Shown here: positions 1 to 12,809 of the stretch, one piece after another
How positions within the stretch are numbered: position 1 is the first letter of the stretch
Layout: each line of letters starts with the position of its first letter
NCBI GenBank assembly: GCA_003990765.1
Contig: RBNJ01000092.1
Location: 1-42,356, forward strand
Direction of reading: 5' to 3'
From: Jimgerdemannia flammicorona
Lineage: Eukaryota
Length of the DNA stretch: 42,356 bases
Made by a program: the position numbers and the translations under genes
Notes under the pieces: model-generated
Database searches by the model: none
What the model saw: the letters and a program-made list of their open reading frames with translations, nothing else
What the model was told of the DNA's origin: nothing

Positions 1-186
1 TACACACACTTCCTTGCAAGTAATCTAAGAGATAACAAGACAGTTAAAGATAAGAAGTTTGAGGACTATAAGACCTTGGGAAGGCACTCCAATAAGAACT
101 TGCTTATAACAACTTGAGTTAGTCTAAGAGATACACCTTGAAGAGAATCTGATGTATTTGAAGGACTCAGCGACCACTATGTGACA
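1..186 (+). mobile_element. 3' end of a family-C LTR (window-truncated)
   Basis: Its reverse complement aligns with 38970-~39150, with mostly transition differences. It ends in ...TGTGACA at 186 and no TGG-PBS follows. Confidence 0.85.
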
Positions 187-758
187 CTATCTTATTCTAG
201 AAATTCTATAAAAATATACAAAGAGTAAGTTGAATATCTTTACTATATTATCTCTATATAAGAAATTCAAGTATATCTATATAAGATAGAGACAATCTAA
301 AAATATCCTGAACTAGCAAATATACACTAGTAGATATTATACATCTAGAAAACAAAGATTACTCTTTATAAGGTTTGAACTTTCAGCTACTAAGCTTTTA
401 GCTCTTACTTAAATAAAATAGTTAACTCTTTATAATAATATATAATATAAGTTTGAGAAATTTTAGTTAAGTATAGTTATTCTTATATAATATTAAAATT
501 TAATAAGGATGTTAATTCTTAAAAAAAGAGATATATAATAATTTCTTAATTATATCTTAATTATAGTATATTATTTTTTTTAGTTTTTCTACTTTTTTTA
601 TAATATTTCAGTATCTTTAAAATACTTAAAAATTCTCTCTTAGTACTAAGACTTTATTAAAATATTTTGTCTTTTCTTAACATCAAGTATTTTGTCTTAA
701 CTAGTTATAGAATCTTTTGAAATATTACAGAATCTTATTTATTATCTTTATTGAGAAC

Positions 759-761
<3 letters not shown>

Positions 762-789
<28 letters not shown>

Positions 790-823
790 ATTTTTTTTTA
801 TTTTTTTTTTTTTTTTTTTTTTT
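762..823. repeat. poly(T) tract, ~60 nt with two interrupting As
   Basis: Read directly from the sequence. It may be a minus-strand retroposon tail, but no recognisable LINE 3' end adjoins it. Confidence 0.8.
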
Positions 824-935
824 AAGATTCTTCTGAATTTTTTTTTCTTTTTTCAGATTTTATATAAATATCCTTTTTCTCTACTTGAATAAAGCTCAGA
901 ATATTTCTCTTAGAAATCCTTTGAGATTACTTAAA

Positions 936-1257
936 TGGTACTCAGAATAAATTAAATTAAATTGAATTTAACTCCAATTCAATTTAATTCAAAATATTCA
1001 ATTCAATTCAATTTGAATTAAGGTCTAATTCAATTTAAAGTTTGATTTGAATCTAATTTTTCAAAATTCAATAATTGTTAGCTTGTTAGATATATCTTAT
1101 TATAGTGAATATAGTATAATTAAGAATATTAAATTTGGATGTGTTTTTATCAAATTATTATATTTTGAAGTTAGGATAAAAATTTTGAATTGAATTAGAC
1201 CTCAATTTGATTTGAACTTAATTTAATTTAAACAATTCAATTTGTTTAGAAGTACTA
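936..1257. mobile_element. Decayed MITE-like element, probably related to the hAT MITE at 26113
   Basis: Imperfect terminal inverted repeats TGGTACTCAGAATAAATT...AATTTGTTTAGAAGTACTA and internal (AATTC)/(GAATT) pentamer arrays. TACTTAAA flanks both sides (928-935, 1262-1269), but with a 4-nt offset on the right. Confidence 0.55.
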
Positions 1258-2742
1258 TGTATACTTAAATCTATAAATATCTCTTCAAGCTACTTTAGGT
1301 CTACTAGAACTTTTCAGATTTAGTTGCTTTCTCTTAAAGAAATGAGAGCCATTATACTGCATACTATACTCAAATGAAAAAAAATGTACTATAGTCTGAA
1401 ATAGAGACATCAATATCATTAGGAATATTCAGTTCATTGCTCTGCATATGGTAGTGAATAGAAATGAGGTACTAAAATCTTTATTTGGAATTTTTGATTC
1501 AGAATTGCTGCATCTACCTAAAATGTGAGCATCATGTTTAAATCAATCACAAAGTCATTTTTATCACCAAAATGCTAACCTTTTGACTGCAGGGGTTCAT
1601 GGTCAAGGTATACCTAAACTGCATGTATTTATTCTAATAGTTGCAATAACGTAAATCAAGGCAATTTCAGCAACTATATCACCCCCTTTGACATTGGGTT
1701 ATTAGACAAACTTTTGATGCAAACTCAGCTGCTTGGAGGTTACATTCTCCAGCTGAAGTCGAGGCGTCGAGGACATAAGTTTAGTGTTCTCTCTCTCTCT
1801 CTTTCTCTTTTTAAGAATAGATATGGTCTCGATTTGATTGTATAGTTTATGGCATAGTCACATATCGCTCTGCAATCTTCCCTGCCCAACCCTGTTATCA
1901 GCCAGCCATGGCATGGCATCCGCAATCGCTTGAAGAGTGCGGCCGGGGTGTTTGCAAGCGCTCGCTGAAAATCGGTGGTTTGCTTGCTTTTGCTTGGTGG
2001 CAACATAACGCAATACGTCGAGAAAGCTTCATCACAGAGGTGCATTGCGCTACCGGTGCAATCCACGAACAAAACACTGCTGTATGACGATGCATTTGCC
2101 CCAAATTGGCGCATGGCGTAGGCCAAAAAAAAAAAGTGCTGTGGACTCAGTCACAACGGTTTTGATCCATGGCTGATTCTCTCAACTCATGCATCCAGAG
2201 CTTGCCGACGTCTGGCTTGGTATGTTTGTGGTTGAGACACACGCCCACACTGGCACTGGCGCCTAGTGCTTCTCGCCGGAAAAAGCCTCAATGGTAGTGG
2301 TAACAGGGTTGTTTACGATATTATACTAAATACGCGGATATGATACAATGTTCGGACTGGATAGCGACCCATACTCAGACAAAAGGTGTCACATCGTCTA
2401 CTTCAATTGGTTATTCAGCTCTGGAATTTATCATATTTTCTTGCCCTTCACCAATTAAGTGAAAGAGCATCTAATTCAGTTCGCCCGTCTATTGCACTCA
2501 TTCAGTCGAAGGCCCAGAAAGTGAAGGTTAGCTATTTATCGGACTAGCGTGGGGTCAGAGGTGTGCTGTTCGGTCTCATTTAATGAAAAGAAAATAATTT
2601 CTATCTCAAACCGTGCATACTTTACCACGAATACATGAAACGAAGATATCATATTACATTGAACCTTCCGCATCCTACTCACTCACCGCACCAGACTCCC
2701 GCCGACAAGTCCTTTTAAAAACACCAACCGGCTTCTTCCCTC

Positions 2743-4108
2743 TCACGCGAACACCTTGCGCGTGCTCAGCTCGTCTTCCTCTATCACGCTTTCCTCGAGC
2801 TTCATCTTGCGTCCTGCGATGGCCGCGTTGCGCGCCTGGTATTTGACGGCCTTGTCGCGACGGTGTGCGGCGCGGACCTGATGGAGGTAAATACGTACGT
2901 GGAGCGTGGTGTGAGTGGTGGGAGCTCCTTTATGACGGATAATGACTCTCTATGAACGGCCGTTCGAATTCAAGTAGGTGGGCCAATGTAATGTTTTCCT
3001 TGTCGTTCCGTCCAAAAAAATCTTTAAATAAAAAAGGCACATTACCATATTCGGACTCACGAACTCGGGATTCTCAAACACAGTCGCGCCGCCAAAGCTC
3101 CCGTCAAAGATCCTGATGACATTCATGACAAATCGGGGCCCAATCTCGACGAGGGCGGTTTCTTCCCTGTCTTTGTCCTTGCCGGCGGCGCCGGCGGTCT
3201 TGACCAGTTCCTTCTCAATGACTTGGTAATTGCGGAACCAAATCCGGTTGTCGGCAATCGAGAAGGTGAGCACGTGATCGATGAACGGCTTGGACCGTCG
3301 CGAGCCCCGTGGGACCCCGAACACCTGCGTGAACAGCTCCTTCATCAGTGTCCAGTGGGGAGCAGTGTCGAAGGTCTGGTCAAAGCTAAGGATGTGTCGC
3401 GAGCCCTTGAGGCAGTTGCCCGTCATCTTGAGTTCGTCCATGGTGTGGACTAGAGGGTTGGAGAGAATGTATGCGCTTAGTTAGCCGACAATCATGAAAT
3501 TATTTTGGCTGTGGGATCACAAGCAACTACTTGCGTAGAAAGCAACGCCATCCTATCTAACTTCGAGCAATGCCCTATTTCAGACAACATACTATTCTGC
3601 ACGTGCAATTTTACGCTAGGCCCGTTTGGCGTCTTAGCGAGCCACATGTATAGATCCTGCCGTTTGCGCACCTCGAAGAAGATACAATTATTGCAGTTGT
3701 TCAGGTCAGCCAATTCGTTGAGGACACCGAGCTTGGACTTGGCGTCCAGTTTAGCATCTGAGGAAGCGATAAGCAAGGGAGTTACGAGCGAATCGTTATG
3801 AATACTGTGAGGAAGTGCTATCGAGTTATGCCTTTTCGATATACCTTTCTTGGAGTGCGGGAGGAGCGCCTCCAAGTCGGTCATTAGGTGTCGTTGCCTA
3901 TAGGCATTGGTAATGTTAGTAAAAACAGTTCTTGAACCGAACCGAAGGAAGATGACAAAACGTACCGGAAGTTAATCCCTCGCGAGGAGAGCATCAGGAC
4001 GCGTTGCTTGTTGATCCTCTTGTCCTTCATTTCAACATCGCCGTTTGCGTCCTGGTCGTGACCGGCGGTCGGCTTCCTTCCCTTTGCTGCTTTGAATATG
4101 GTGGCCAT
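2743..4108 (-). CDS. BRX1: Ribosome biogenesis protein Brx1 (Brix domain), ~299 aa, 5 exons
   Basis: Exons 4108-3966, 3897-3845, 3757-3593, 3449-3046, 2877-2743 (900 nt, all GT-AG). Motifs NKQRVLMLSSRGINFRQRHLM, LLPHSKK, GPSVKLHVQNIHTMDELKMTGNCLKGSR, IWFRNYQ and LVEIGPRF. Confidence 0.96.
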
Positions 4109-4339
4109 TAGGTGGTGTGGAGAAATATGGACTGGTCCGTGACAGAAAAAATAATTCAAACGAAAGGCAGTCCCTACAGCCACCGATGACGTTACTCCTT
4201 TCGCTTTTATATAATTATCCACCTCATGGAGATCATTACAGTGGGCATGTGCATAGCAGATTCTCATCTGACTGTCAAACAACTCTATGGATATCCCCAA
4301 CATGACACTAACAGGTTTCATATGTTCCGAGCAATTCGT

Positions 4340-4903
4340 TCACCGTAGGCTCAGCTTCAAGGTCTCGTTGACCATACGCAACGCTAACATATATTCATCA
4401 CCGGCGATGTCGTGGAGCTTACGCTGATGTTCTTTTAGCTTGCGGTTCCAAAAGGGTGGTCTGGCCGTTATAATTGGGTTCAGTCAGTCACTTTTGAAAT
4501 TCATTCAGCAAAATGTACAAGAGAAATTGTAAGCACTCACTGTTTGTCGTATCTCGATTGGTAAAAGTCCATGGCACAAAGGTTTTCGACAATGCTGTGT
4601 TCGATACCGCGGCGGCGGGATGCGGTTTCGAGGAAGGTGATTGTGTTCATTCCTGAGGGTGTGGGTGTAAAGAGAGTTCAAAATATGAAATGCCGATGGG
4701 ATATACAGCATGAAAAGAGGAGGCTCACCTCGCTCAAGCAGATCAGCCAAGACAGCTTGATCGGTTTCGGCACGATGGTCCTCGAAGGCCTGGCGTATTT
4801 TTTTCCGAATGCGAAGCTTGTTTCGGGTTTTGTGAGCCACTGAGGCGTCGCCTGCACGCCATAGGCTGCGGTATAGCGAGCGGAAAGACTCAGCTTTGAG
4901 CAT
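4340..4903 (-). CDS. LYR-like small protein resembling the fungal DUF1763 family (probably mitochondrial), ~135 aa, 3 exons
   Basis: Exons 4903-4729, 4652-4541, 4460-4340 (408 nt, GT-AG, in frame). N-terminal SLYRSLWRA...IRQAFE, central FLETASRRRGIEHSIVENL and C-terminal MVNETLKLSLR. The family call is from memory of the motif pattern. Confidence 0.75.
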
Positions 4904-5010
4904 CAAAGAGAATGTGTCTGCCGACAAGCCACCCTAGCCATTTCGTCGTTGCATGACTGCTTGTCCGCTCGAACACTTCTCCCCCCCTCCCCAACTTCTC
5001 GATCCGAACC
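4904..5010. promoter_or_regulatory. Very short bidirectional promoter between head-to-head genes
   Basis: The inferred ATGs at 4903 (-) and 5011 (+) are separated by only 107 nt. Confidence 0.55.
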
Positions 5011-8000
5011 ATGCTCGGAACCTACCGCCGCCATTTCCGCCAGGCCCTATTGGGTTGCTCAGCAACAGACTGTCCCGCTTTCAACACCCCATCCCCTAGT
5101 CATGAGCCTTCAGATGCCGCCGCTATTGCCTTCTCCTTCATCCAGTCCCGCACCCCATGCGAATGTCCGCATGCTAACCCCGCCGAATCTGGAGGTAGTA
5201 GGTGATTGTTTGCAGAAGATGTTTTGCACTCCCAATCAGCCTGACATCTCTAGCTATAATGAAATCTAGGTGAGCCGGTCGGGATAAGCTTGGAGGATTT
5301 GGAGCGATTTTATAATGAGGGGCAATCCACTGGCGATTTTGGGGAAATGTGTAGCATGGTCACCGATGCGTTTGGCAAAAGCCTGAAGCTGGCCTCTAGC
5401 TTTTTGGATGTATGTTTTACCTTCCTCACTGCCATTTAAAGCAGGTGCATTATTATCCATACTCACGTTCCCGAATCTATCTGGTACCGATGCTCTGCGT
5501 TAGGCCAATGGCTCGGTCGACAAAACCAGCGTACAACAAGTTTACGTGCTGTTAATTCACAAGGTTCGCATACGTATCTAATCCATCTCCCCACTCCTCT
5601 TCATTTAACAAATAATTTCCGAATCCGCTCTCCCTCAGAGTCCCGCGAACGTCACGGCCGCCTTCCTCGCCGCCACTCTCGAGCAACTGACCCTACTCAA
5701 GGCCCATGACATCACTTCCGACAGCAGCAAGCTGCTGTCGCTCCTCATTATCTTGCTGCAAGTTCGTTTCCAATGTGGCCTTCTTCGGGGCGTACACGTA
5801 CGCAAACTTACGCAAAAACTCACGCCGTCCTCTCAATCCTTCAGAATCCTCTCCTCCTGGACCCAATGAGCCACGCAGAGCTTCTTCCCACCATGTGTGA
5901 GGTCCTCTCCAAGTTGCCGCAATTCCACCACCCCATACTCTGCCAAGAGCTTCTCACGCCTCCGACGTCGCAGCCAGGCGCCGCCGATGCCACGGCAGCC
6001 GAAAATCGCGAGTACATGGCGCGTGAGCTCGAGCGCCTGATTGGCATCTTCCAGCACTTCATCACACTGCGGCTTCTGTCCCGTACGGACGACAGCATGA
6101 CACCTAACAGGGATGTCGCGGTCATGAACGCCACCAAGTGCCTCAGCATGTTTTGTATCTTTTGTGTGGGTTTATCTTGTGAACCTTTGCGGCTGTTTGA
6201 AGATCTCCACCGCCCAACCTCTTTCATGGCACTGCCTCCTTGATTCTATCAATCTTGCATGTCCTTATAGACCAAGCGAATGAGCGCTACCATTTAATAC
6301 CGTACACGGAGTTCTACAACGATGCTGTGAATGAGCAGCTGGATATTAAAGAAGACTTCCCTCACTTCAAGGACAGGAAGGGGTACGATGAACTATCGCG
6401 TTATTAGACGTCTAATCTTAGGGCATCCCTGCTCGACTCATCTTCCGTTCATTCCCATCACAAATACCTGAATCTCTCCCCATCTCTCGCACCCAGGTTC
6501 ACGTTCTGCGATTACTCCTTTATTCTTAACCCTGCGATTAAGGCCGACATTCTCAAGGTCGAGAGCATGTTCCAAATGAGGCATGAACTGCAGGACGCCT
6601 TCTTCCGAGCTCTGTTCCAAGGTACTGAACTGGTTGTTATTGAACCGTTGTTATTATCGTGTTTTCTGATGTTATTACATTGTGTAAAAGGTTTATAACT
6701 GTTCTAGTGGGTTGATGGGAACCAATTGGTAACGTGTCGGACTAACAGTTCGATCTTGGCCGCGCGCGGTAAACTCCGTTTGGAACAGGCGTCAACAGCC
6801 CCTATTTGGTACTGGAGATCCGCCGCGACTTCATCATCCGGGATGCGTTATATCAGGTATTTATCGCAAACATTGCACCCGCGCATTTCGCTATTCTCAC
6901 CCCACCGTCCGATGCTAAAGCTCGACGACACTCTCCCCCAGCTCGAATGCAAAACGCCAAAAGATCTCAAGAAGCAGCTCCGCGTGCAGTTCGTAGGCGA
7001 AGAGGGCGTCGACGAGGGCGGAGTGCAGAAGGAGTTCTTCCAGCTTGTCATACGCGAGATGTTTGACCCCAAGTATGGTGAGTTTTTGGAAACAGGGATT
7101 CTTGACATCATCCATCTGTCTTACTTTTCGCTTCGAATCCACTGGACCATACCCAATACAACCAGGCATGTTCGTCACCAACGAGGACTCGCGCCTGTGC
7201 TGGTTCAATTCCAGTCCGATGGACGACGAGATCGCGATTGATGAGTATAAGCTCATCGGCCGACTCCTGGGTCTAGCTGTGTACAATGGCATTATCCTCG
7301 ACGTACACTTCCCGCTCGTGCTGTATCGGAAGCTCATGGGGCAACCCGTTGGGTTGGAGGATCTGAAGCAGCTTGATCCGGTAGGAATGTTGTTCGGGAG
7401 GGAATATTTTATGTTGGAGTAGAAATTGCGCGTTTCCTGATCATAATGGAATACGGTCTTTGGTATAAATGCACCGTTGGCCGCATATAGACGCTGGGGA
7501 AGGGGTTCGAACAGCTTCTGGAATTTGAGGGTGATGTGGAGACGGCGTACGACCGCACGTTCCAGGTCGATCATCACGTCTTCGGCCAATCTTTCACATT
7601 TGACTTGACGGATGGCGGAGCGAATATTAAGTTGACAAACGACAATCGGCGAGGTAAGTTGACAAGGATCCTCACTACTAATTATATTTGGTGATGGTGA
7701 AAAAATTGTATATATCCTAATTTCGCGCTCCCAAAGAATTCGTCGATCTCTACGCCGATTTTATTCTGAACAAGTCGGTACAGCGCCAGTTCGTCGCGTT
7801 TAAGGAAGGATTCGATCTGGTGTGCCAGGATAGCGCGATACGGGTGAGCTACGAGCACGTGGATCGCACTCATACTCCTCTCGATACATGCTTGCGATGT
7901 ATATCTGACGTTCGATCTGTTACTCAATCGATTCCCTCGTAGCTGTTCCGGCCGGAAGAGGTGGAACAACTGATTTGTGGCAGCCCCGACCTGGACTTCG

Positions 8001-8593
8001 AGGCGCTGGAACAGGCGACACATTATGACGGCGGGTGGACCAAGGACTCGAAGATCATAAGGTGAGTGTCGGTGTTCAAAGAGACAAGAATTGCCGAACA
8101 TGTCAATAGTAATCACCGTCATTCCTCTGATATTCCCAGAGATTTTTGGGAGATCGTCCACGAGTTCACCGAGGAGCAGAAGAAGAGGCTGCTGTTCTTT
8201 ACGACGGGATCGGACCGGGTAGATTGATTTGATATCTGTTTCTAGTAGGCATTCACTTGTACTATCATCTATTCCTAACCGCATATTTTCTCAACTCTCT
8301 TCGCGCCATCCAAAAGGTACCAATCAATGGGCTGGGTAAGCTGCAGTTCGTGATTGCTAAGAACGGTGGTGACTCTGACCGGTAAGGTGACGGACCTTTA
8401 CATTATGTGTTTCTCGCTGTGGGGTTAGGATTATTAACCATCTACTTATATCGTTTTCAATCCCGAATACAGACTACCCACCTCGCATACGTGTTATTCC
8501 GTACTGCTCCTTTACGAGTACAGTAGCAAGGAGAAGCTCCGCGAGCGACTTCTGACGGCGATCGGGAACGCGGAGGGGTTCGGTATGATTTAG
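5011..8593 (+). CDS. UBE3A/E6AP-like HECT E3 ubiquitin ligase with an N-terminal AZUL-like domain, ~708 aa, 16 exons
   Basis: Exons 5011-5194, 5270-5409, 5504-5563, 5639-5761, 5845-6154, 6271-6382, 6497-6621, 6789-6856, 6942-7077, 7166-7380, 7491-7653, 7737-7843, 7943-8061, 8140-8218, 8317-8381, 8473-8593 (2127 nt, in frame). Motifs [70 protein letters not shown] (catalytic Cys) and GFGMI*. Confidence 0.93.
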
Positions 8594-8972
8594 TGGGCAG
8601 ATGATACTCCGCGTACTATGAACTTTTCAATGAATAGATAAATTTACTAGTGGGTCGTTTGACAATAGATTCTCATTAATCATTTGGCAAGAGCATGGAT
8701 CTACCTTCAATGGGATTCGATTTCGCAAAATTTTTGATGTCTATTATTTTTGTTTTGGGATACTAAACTGCAATGGAGACAATTCAGTGATAAAGGGCAC
8801 CGTGCAATGCAGATTTACGTATTAAAAGCCGAGAAGTGAGAATAACCTATATACACCCAGTTCACATACGAAATGCAAGAGATTATATGTAGCGGTCGAG
8901 TCAATGAGAAAGAGAAAGCACACCTAGCAAATCAAAACTGCCTAAAAGTCCCTCACCATCCATCTCCTGCCA

Positions 8973-11900
8973 TTAATAGAACGCCTTCACATGGCCCGTC
9001 ATCTCCATTCCCTCCCCTCCCATCCCAAACAGCACCGTCCGCAGAATCCCATGCTCTGGTCCAATATCTTCCTTCTGTTCCAACACGGTGTTCGACTCCT
9101 TAGGTTTGACAGTATCGTTTGCGGTCCCGACCGTAACATGGGCGATCTTATTCACGCTCGCCACGTCCGCGGGAACGATCTCAGCGACCTCAAGCGTCAT
9201 CAACCGGTCCGTGGACACTAGGCCACAGAACCGCACCGTGACGTGCTGGCCCTGACCGCCGTCTTTCCCGGCTGCGTCCGCGAACTTATTCCACATCGCC
9301 TGCTTTTTTTCTAGCTCGGGCCCCTTCGCTTGCTTCAAGTCGATCGAGTGCAGTAACGTCACGTGGTGATCCTTGGGCACCCGCTTGTCCGACACGAGTT
9401 TCTGGAACCGCTGCTGCGTCAGCTCGTCCACGCGCACCGCGTGCTGCGCAAGGTATAGCTTCAACAGCTCCTGTAGGTCGTTGTCGAGCTTGACGCCGTA
9501 ATACATGGGCTTGGGGGCTTTGCTGCGCGCGATCGGGCGGTACTGTTTCGCATACACGAGGGCACTCTGGACCTCGTCGTCGGAGGGCTCGCGGACGCCG
9601 ATCAGGGGACAAAGCTGCGAGATGACCTTGCGCAGGGTGGTGGCCTCGTCGTCGAGGGGGTCGAGCTCGATGACGTTGTCGATGGCGGCGTCACCCGGGT
9701 TGGAGAGCTTGTCGAGGGGCGCGAATTCGCAGAAGAAGCGGTGCATCACGGATTCCACTTTCGAATCGCTGGGGCGAAGAGACTGGTGGTTGTCGCCACG
9801 GGCATGCACGCGCTCCAAGGTTGTTTTATAGATCTCGTCGTGCGGGTGCTTGTCTTGTGTCCAATAGAGAGCTACGAAGCGAGTGTTGGGGAACTTAAGC
9901 TTGATAGCTTTGGTGAGATCGTTGCGATGATCGACTAGGTGGTTGTTCCTGGGAGAGAAAGCAATGGGGTTTCGTCAGTTAGAAATTCGCTGCTTATATA
10001 ACACCTCTTCGCCTACGTCCCAATGCTCAATCTTGCCATCCACTCTCAAATAGAACACTTACCTATCGGCGATGACCACCTCCTTTTTCTCGAGCTCGTC
10101 GGCAATCAATTTGTAGAACTTTGCCGCCGGTTTCTTTGTGGTGATATCGTCGCTCTGGATATGCCCAAAGCTGAAGAGGTTCTCAAGTGTCAGCGAGAGC
10201 GTAGTCTTGCCTGCATGCGTGCGCGTCAAAGGTCAACGGTGATGAGCATTTTTTGTAGCGATAATTGACCTAAAAAAGCTCAAATGAAACAAAGGAGAAA
10301 CAAAACCCACCACACCCAACCGTCGCAATCGTTAACAAGCAGCACTTATCATACTCCTCCTTCTTCTCCTTCTCGCTCACTTGTAGCTCGCCAGACGGCT
10401 CCCCCGCCTCGCTCCTAGGTTTCCCCTCCTTTTCCCACCAATCAAGGAACATATCCCTAACGCGAATGATGCCCATATTATGGTTATACTCGGCGAACAG
10501 GAACGGCCTGGCTATCATCTCTCTCCGCACCCAGTCAGCATAGTGCCTACTAAGCGGGTAGGTGTACCTGGGCTCCTGCTTGCGGAGCAGGGCCTTGGTG
10601 AGCTCGCGCCACTCGCGATACATGAGATAGGGGTCGTCGTACTTGACCTTGAAGAAGTAGTCGGTGCCGCCCAGTGGCGGCTCGAGCTTGCACCGCACAA
10701 CGAACCCCTCCACCGCCCTTCCCTCAAACTCACATGTGTGCCTCACTTCGTCTATGAACCGGCGCGTGTCATCCACCGTCGTGCGCATCGTCAAGCCCGC
10801 CGTGCGAAAGCCGAATTGATGAGCGATGGCTTGCACCTCCGTGCTGGGGAGCGTGCGGAGGGTCGGCTGGTTGTAATTCAGGCCGTGCAAGTAGAGGCCG
10901 CGCTGATTCTCAGGGTACTCGAGGACGTGCTCTTCGAAGGCATCGTCGCAGAGCTACGTGGTGGAAGTGACCGGGTAATATTCGGAGTAAGAAACGAACG
11001 ACTAACGCCAACGCCTCACGCACATAGTGCCTGGTACTGCCGATTAACCAGCGGGCGTCTTTTCTTTCTATCTTCCAAACAACGATAAAAAACCAACCTC
11101 AGCTACCGCCGTCAGATGCCTCGCTCTCAACCATCTCGCGAGATCCTTCTTGGTCTGTCCCACTGTCGCGAGGTGCTTCTCAGCCCACCCTTCCCCAGCC
11201 ATAGCGTGGGAACGATCCATGCCACTGCCGAGGCCTGTCGAGTGCTTGGACGTCACCAGCAGCTCGTCGCCGGGCAGGCCAGCAAGGAAAATGATGCAAC
11301 CGTTCTCCTTGGTCGTGATTTCGTAGGGAGCCGTGGTGTGGGCTTCAATCCAGGACCACTGGATAGGTGGAGAAACAAAGGTGGAGGGTTAAGTAGGTTG
11401 GATAGCGGTGGTAGATGTTGTACGTAGATCGGTGGTTGTTATATATGTGTGTGTGCAAGGCCGTTGGTTATTCGAAGCTTGGGAGTTTGAGGTGTGGGAG
11501 CGGGTGCATGGAGATCATAAGATTTTCGCCACTGGCGGTCGGATCTGATTTAAATAAGTACCTGGGTCTTTGAAGTCTCTCCAATGTTGAAGAACTTGTC
11601 GTAACCCCTCGCGACGATCTCGTGCCTCCCATTCTTCTTACCCCCCTGTTCGGACGGGATGTATCTCGTGAATAAGCCACGGGCCATGGTCGGGTAAGGA
11701 CAGTTTTCACGTTTGTATTCCCAATCAGACATTCTCCAGCTCGACAGCTGTAGCTTTGTGGGCTCGTGTACGTAGCTGTTCTCCTTGACGAGCTTATAGC
11801 GCTTGCTGGTTTTCTGCTTGGCGAGAGCGCGAAGAGTGGCCACCAGCTGGGCAATCTCGTCGGCGGACGTGTCGCAGGTGTGGGTAATCTCGTCGGCGGA

Positions 11901-12113
11901 CGTGTCGCAGGTGTGGGTAATCTCGTCGGCGGACATGTCGCAGGTGTGGGTAATTTCGTCGACGGACATGTCGTAGGTGTGGATAATCTCGTCGGCGGAC
12001 GTGTCGCAGGTGTGGGTAATTTCGTCGATGGACACGTCGTAGGTGTGGATAATCTCGTCGGCGGACGTGTCACGGCTAGGGTTGGGCGGCGTGAGGTCGG
12101 TGGAAGAGTCCAT
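8973..12113 (-). CDS. TRL1: Fungal tRNA ligase Trl1 (ligase + kinase + cyclic phosphodiesterase), ~859 aa, 5 exons
   Basis: Exons 12113-11562, 11358-11098, 10953-10311, 10210-10063, 9948-8973 (2580 nt). Ligase motifs ARGLF, RGYDKFFNIGE, KENG, ELCDDAFEEH, EGFVVRC and FFKVK. Kinase motifs ATVGCGKT and DRNNH. CPDase HxT motifs HVTL and HVTV. Confidence 0.95.
11853..12071 (-). repeat. Coding tandem repeat, 33-nt unit x6.6, in TRL1 exon 1
   Basis: DTSADEIIHTY / DVSIDEITHTC / DTSADEIIHTY / DMSVDEITHTC / DMSADEITHTC / DTSADEITHTC / DTSADEI. Confidence 0.95.
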
Positions 12114-12791
12114 GTTTGTGTGGGTGTGTGTGGTCTGAGAGAATGTGACTTTTATTAGAAAATCGGCTGATGTCATCACTCGCCACGCTGCGTCACCACT
12201 GCGCAATTTCATGAATCACACTGAGCAATGCTTTCATTTTACGTGTCACACACTGCTCAATGTTTCCGGTGCAGATTCTCCTGCGGCTACATTTTGAAGT
12301 GGTATACGATTCGCTATTCTATAATTACGCTCCACATAAATTGAGTATTGTCCATCCACCAGAGATTGAAGCTATGTGCTGATGTCATTTTGCCACTTCT
12401 CCGAATTTCCTGGTTGTCGGTGGCAGTAGGTGGCGTCATGCTTTGGTGAGTCGAGAAGTTATCTGTCGCCTCGATCACGCAGTGTAGAACACGGATAGAA
12501 ACAAAGTAATATTCGTCAAAGTGCATGCTATGTTGGACCAAAAATTTTTTTTTTTTTTTTTCCGTCCAATTTTGACAAAGCTTCCGAAACACCGTATAAT
12601 GATATCACTACATGATAGAGCTACCAAAGGATACAGGAAGGATATAGGTTTGAATCTTTGAATGTTACCTGAAAATAAAGAATCGTAAGATATGTAAATG
12701 TTATTTGCTTGATGCAAACCTACGTAATGCGATCCCGCTCTTTGTGCGGATACCAGAGACAACTTCCTTGTCGCCATACTCAAAGGGCAAG

Positions 12792-12809
12792 TCTGGTGAC
12801 GTCACCAGA
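12792..12809. promoter_or_regulatory. Perfect 18-bp palindrome centred on a CRE/ATF site (TGACGTCA)
   Basis: TCTGGTGACGTCACCAGA equals its own reverse complement. It lies ~680 nt upstream of the TRL1 ATG. Function is unproven. Confidence 0.4.

Noticed and set aside
187-760. AT-rich relic with faint coding pattern
   Set aside because: Probably a decayed TE, but no motif could be assigned with confidence.
4140-4275. PAC/RRPE-like motifs upstream of BRX1
   Set aside because: Only partial matches (CTCATC, AAAAATAATT), which are expected by chance.
5254-5269. Apparent 16-nt and 10-nt micro-exons in the HECT gene
   Set aside because: 5270-5409 is one open exon matching the E6AP region after AZUL, so no micro-exons are needed.
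6915-8284. Long antisense ORFs (6915-7589, 7682-8284) and similar ones over TRL1 and the importin-like gene
   Set aside because: They overlap well-supported exons on the opposite strand and have no recognisable motifs; GC-rich codon usage explains them.
11853-12071. 33-bp repeats as a CRISPR array
   Set aside because: There are no unique spacers, the units are contiguous and in frame in a eukaryotic exon, and no cas genes are present.
11468-12158. Alternative-frame repeat ORFs (11468-12073 -, 11766-12158 +)
   Set aside because: These are shadows of the stop-free TRL1 repeat; only the DTSADEI frame leads into ligase motifs.
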